DNA of 61,646 nt, counting the filler. It is 5 parts of 5 records of this genome, joined end to end, with 100 filler letters (N's around TTAATTAATTAA, not from the genome) between each part and the next. Parts side by side here need not be neighbours in the genome. Positions count along the whole stretch, not along the records: positions 53,898 to 61,646 come from SRR31156797_5406; 4 more parts are not named here. One strand, written 5' to 3'. Under the pieces are notes generated by a model. The model was not told where the DNA came from and did not search any database. It saw only the letters and a list, made by a program, of their open reading frames with translations. A program made the translations under genes and the position numbers. How positions within the stretch are numbered: the first letter of the stretch is position 1; each line of letters starts with the position of its first letter. This document shows positions 58,660 through 61,646 of this stretch, piece after piece.

Positions 58660-61377
58660 CTATTCTTTTTTTGCCAAAGCAGCTTTCAGTGCCGGGGCCA
58701 GTTCTTCCAGTATCAGGGGTTTTATCAGAATACTTCGAATCCCGGAATGAAGCAATTGTTCAAAATTCAGATTCCGGCTGTTCCCGGTGCAGAGGATAAC
58801 AGGGATATCCGGATTCATTTTAAGAATCTTTTTGGCCAGAAGGTCCCCGTTCATCCCCGGCATGGCGTAATCGGTAATCACGCCCTGGATATTTTTAGGC
58901 CCTGAAACAACTCGGTCAAGGGCCTTTTGAGGATCTGAAAAAAGCTCCACCGTATACCCCAGGTACTCTATCATCTCCTTTGCGGCGATACTTAAAGAGG
59001 CGTTATCGTCAATAAAAAGAAGATGTTCATTACCCTGGGCAAGTCCAGGTCTGTTCTTTTCGCAGCCCAGGCCGCCCGGCTCGACCTGAGGCAGGTATAC
59101 GATAAAATCAGATCCCTTTTCCGGCACGCTTTCAACCAGGACCCTGCCTTCATATTCCCGGATAACCCCGTGTACAACGGCCAGTCCCATTCCGGTGCCT
59201 TCCCCGGCGTCCTTGGTGGTATAATAGGGTTCAAATATCCGATCCTGGATATTGGGATCAATGCCTTTTCCGGTATCAGACACCCGGATAACCATATGAT
59301 CCCCCGGTGCCACATCCTTTTCCCTAGCATCGTCCCTGTCCAGTGATTCACGGTAAAGGCTGACCTTTAGGGTACCGCCCCCGGGAGACATGGCCTGGGC
59401 CCCGTTGGTGCAAAGATTCATGAGTACCTGGTGAATCTGGGTGGGATCGCCCATCACCCGGCCGTCCGCATCCTTAAAATCATGTTCAATATGAATATTA
59501 GCAGGCAGCAAGGCCTTGAGGAACTTCAACGTTTCCTTAATGATGGGTGAGATCCTTATGGCATGGGGAGTATCTTCGCTGCGGCGGCTGAAGGTTAGAA
59601 TCTGTCTGACCAGGTCTTTGGCCAAATTGGCAGCCTTAAATACCTGGTCAAGCCGCTGCCGGGCCTTGCTGTCGGCCGGTGCATCCAAAATGGCCATCTG
59701 GGTAAATCCCAGGATTGAGCCTAAAATATTATTAAAATCGTGGGCTATCCCCCCGGCCAGTATTCCGATTGATTCCATTTTCTGGGCCTGACGCAGCTGG
59801 CCTTCAAGCCGGTGTTGCTTTGTAATATCTTCTACCACATCGATGGAATAGAGATATTTACCGGTCCTGGACCATATCAAGCTGGTCGTCATTCTGACCC
59901 AGATCACCTTTCCGGATTTGTGGCGGAGCCGCTTTTTCCAGGTGCCGGTACGCAGCCCATTTTGTTTCATTTCCTTCACCCGGTTGTCGGTTTCAGCCCG
60001 GTCCTGGGTAAAGGAATAATCCCAATAATTCATTCCGGCCAACTCTTCAGAAGAATACCCCAGAATTTGGCACAACTTATCATTGGCATGCTGTATACAA
60101 TAATCCTGGCCGCATTGCATGATGCCCACGCCGGCCTGGTCAAAAATGGCTTTTAAACGGGCCTCGCTTTCAGCCAGAGCCTTCATGGCAAGTTTCCGCT
60201 GAGAGATGTCCCTGGACATGATTAAAACCGCCGGGTTTCCCATGTATTCGAAGCTCCTGGCCCCCATTTCAACCGGTATTTCCCATCCTTCACGGGTCTG
60301 GTGCGTCACCTCACAGAAAACTTTCTCCTGCCGTTGCAGACGGTATAAAATACCGGCAACCTCGTTCTTACTCTTTTCCCCTAAAATATCCGAAAGTGTC
60401 AGTCTGGTAAGATTGCTTACCTCATATCCCAATGCAGAGCACAGGGCCTGATTCGCATCAAAAATCTGGCCATTTAGATCTATGACCAAAATCCCGTCAA
60501 TGGCCGAATCAAATAAGGTCTGATACCGCTTTTCCAAACGCATCCGGCTTCGCTGCACCCACTGTATCCGGTTCAAGGTATGCAGAGAAACACCGAGAAA
60601 TCCGGACACAAAAACGGAGAGCGCCACCATGGTCAAAAGCCGCATTGAATCACTGGTTTTAAGTTTATAAAAAGCTCCGCCACCCTTTGGCCAGACCGCC
60701 ACCTGCCAATCGAGTCCGGCAAAGGACAATTCCTTTTCCCCTTTAAGGTTCTCATCGCGTTTGTCCAAGGCCATTGCCCCCGTATCCAGAACCGTATTGC
60801 CTCCCACCCGGACACGAATCCAGAATTGATTCTGGATTATGGGGGTCAGGGCCTTGGACAGAAGATCTTTAAGATTAAGAGCACCAGCCATTGTACCGGC
60901 ATCTTGTCCGCGGACCATGACCGGAAACCAGAAAACCAGAGAGCCTTTGGAGGTTACCCGGGCCGTGGGCGGGGCATCAAGGGGAGCGATGGATTTCCTT
61001 AAAGTTTTGTACAGATCCTCTTTAGCAGGTCGTGACTGAATATCGATGCCAGCCAAAGGTTTGGGCTGGGCCGGGGGCGTCACCATCATGATCGTACCGG
61101 TATCAATATAAAGAATGAAGTCAAAAATCCGGTCTGATATCACCAGCTCTCTGGCCCATTTCAAAAATGCATGTCTCTGATTATTTTTCGGTGCCTCCCG
61201 CCAAAGATTGGATAATAATGACAGGCTCCGGCTCCTTTTTTGCGCTAAAAGGTCCATCTTCAAAGCCAGCTCTTCGGCAATGGCTGCGGCCCGGTTCCGG
61301 GTCAGTTGGAAACTTAAATCCCGTGCGGTCAGGTAAAATTGGTAATTTCCAGTAATCAAAAAAACAAGCAAGGTCAA
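58660..61377 (-). CDS. Hybrid sensor histidine kinase (periplasmic sensor, two PAS, HisKA, HATPase, receiver)
   Basis: GGIAHDFNNIL, DTGKG and GTGMGL motifs; C-terminal receiver. Start uncertain because the frame is open to about 61479. Confidence 0.92.
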   Translation of the reverse strand: MTLLVFLITGNYQFYLTARDLSFQLTRNRAAAIAEELALKMDLLAQKRSRSLSLLSNLWREAPKNNQRHAFLKWARELVISDRIFDFILYIDTGTIMMVTPPAQPKPLAGIDIQSRPAKEDLYKTLRKSIAPLDAPPTARVTSKGSLVFWFPVMVRGQDAGTMAGALNLKDLLSKALTPIIQNQFWIRVRVGGNTVLDTGAMALDKRDENLKGEKELSFAGLDWQVAVWPKGGGAFYKLKTSDSMRLLTMVALSVFVSGFLGVSLHTLNRIQWVQRSRMRLEKRYQTLFDSAIDGILVIDLNGQIFDANQALCSALGYEVSNLTRLTLSDILGEKSKNEVAGILYRLQRQEKVFCEVTHQTREGWEIPVEMGARSFEYMGNPAVLIMSRDISQRKLAMKALAESEARLKAIFDQAGVGIMQCGQDYCIQHANDKLCQILGYSSEELAGMNYWDYSFTQDRAETDNRVKEMKQNGLRTGTWKKRLRHKSGKVIWVRMTTSLIWSRTGKYLYSIDVVEDITKQHRLEGQLRQAQKMESIGILAGGIAHDFNNILGSILGFTQMAILDAPADSKARQRLDQVFKAANLAKDLVRQILTFSRRSEDTPHAIRISPIIKETLKFLKALLPANIHIEHDFKDADGRVMGDPTQIHQVLMNLCTNGAQAMSPGGGTLKVSLYRESLDRDDAREKDVAPGDHMVIRVSDTGKGIDPNIQDRIFEPYYTTKDAGEGTGMGLAVVHGVIREYEGRVLVESVPEKGSDFIVYLPQVEPGGLGCEKNRPGLAQGNEHLLFIDDNASLSIAAKEMIEYLGYTVELFSDPQKALDRVVSGPKNIQGVITDYAMPGMNGDLLAKKILKMNPDIPVILCTGNSRNLNFEQLLHSGIRSILIKPLILEELAPALKAALAKKE

Positions 61378-61540
61378 AGGAATCAGACTGGCAATCCACC
61401 GCCTTATCCCCCTTGGTTCGAGTGCCCTGTCCTGTTTCTTAAGCTGATAAATATTTATACACCCGGTTATTATACGGCATTATTATCAATGAAAAATTCA
61501 AAATAGAAAAGAAAGAAAACTTTGTAAAGAAAAATTAGGC

Positions 61541-61646
61541 CTCATCATTGGGCCCTACCAGGGCGGAGACGTTCTATTCGGGGAATCATATACCCGGCTC
61601 TCTGGGTGGGCAGCAGCACAAGGCCTGACGAGAGCCAATGTGCTAT
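61541..61646 (+). pseudogene. Possible GyrI-like domain fragment
   Basis: Reads IIGPYQGGDVLFGESYTRLSGWAAAQGL, resembling the GyrI-like GPY...L..WA...GL motif; no in-frame start after the stop at 61490. Confidence 0.3.

Noticed and set aside
61538-61646. Possible hammerhead ribozyme (CTGACGAG)
   Set aside because: No GAAA core within the window, and the stretch reads better as a GyrI-like coding remnant.

Overview
This window is not one locus. It is five assembly contigs joined by artificial 100-bp N/TTAATTAATTAA/N spacers: 1-19281, 19382-30873, 30974-37798, 37899-53797 and 53898-61646. Contigs 1, 3 and 4 look like Bacteroidota (TAnnTTTG promoters, T9SS cargo); contigs 2 and 5 look like Desulfobacterota (Shine-Dalgarno use, higher GC). 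Contig 1 carries aspA-like/hypF, an SdiA-regulated propeller, a secreted histidine phosphatase, a phosphoesterase-kinase-Omp85 fusion, a membrane class III cyclase, a lytic transglycosylase, rfbC, an FtsX-type permease and two DUF4097 genes. Contig 2 carries PfpI, DUF4197, an S1 paralogue, an RHH-like gene facing hsp20, minimal sufCB, and oleA-oleC-oleD with a MITE where oleB normally lies. Contig 3 carries uxaC-kdgK-eda-TRAP with a LacI-type operator and an M14 peptidase. Contig 4 carries an amidohydrolase, tnaA with an unannotated 27-codon TnaC-like leader, T9SS proteins, grpE-dnaJ and a four-helix-bundle gene bracketed by inverted heptamer arrays. Contig 5 carries a sensor kinase/sigma54 activator pair and a sigma54 operon (creatinase-like M24 hydrolase, BCCT transporter, CocE/NonD hydrolase). 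The best leads are: the Trp-less TnaC-like leader peptide; the degenerate-phosphoesterase/PI3K-like-kinase/Omp85 protein with its atypical cyclase neighbour; the heptamer-array four-helix-bundle cassette; and the oleB-less ole cluster, a possible beta-lactone pathway. All calls come from motif recognition by eye; no searches were run.
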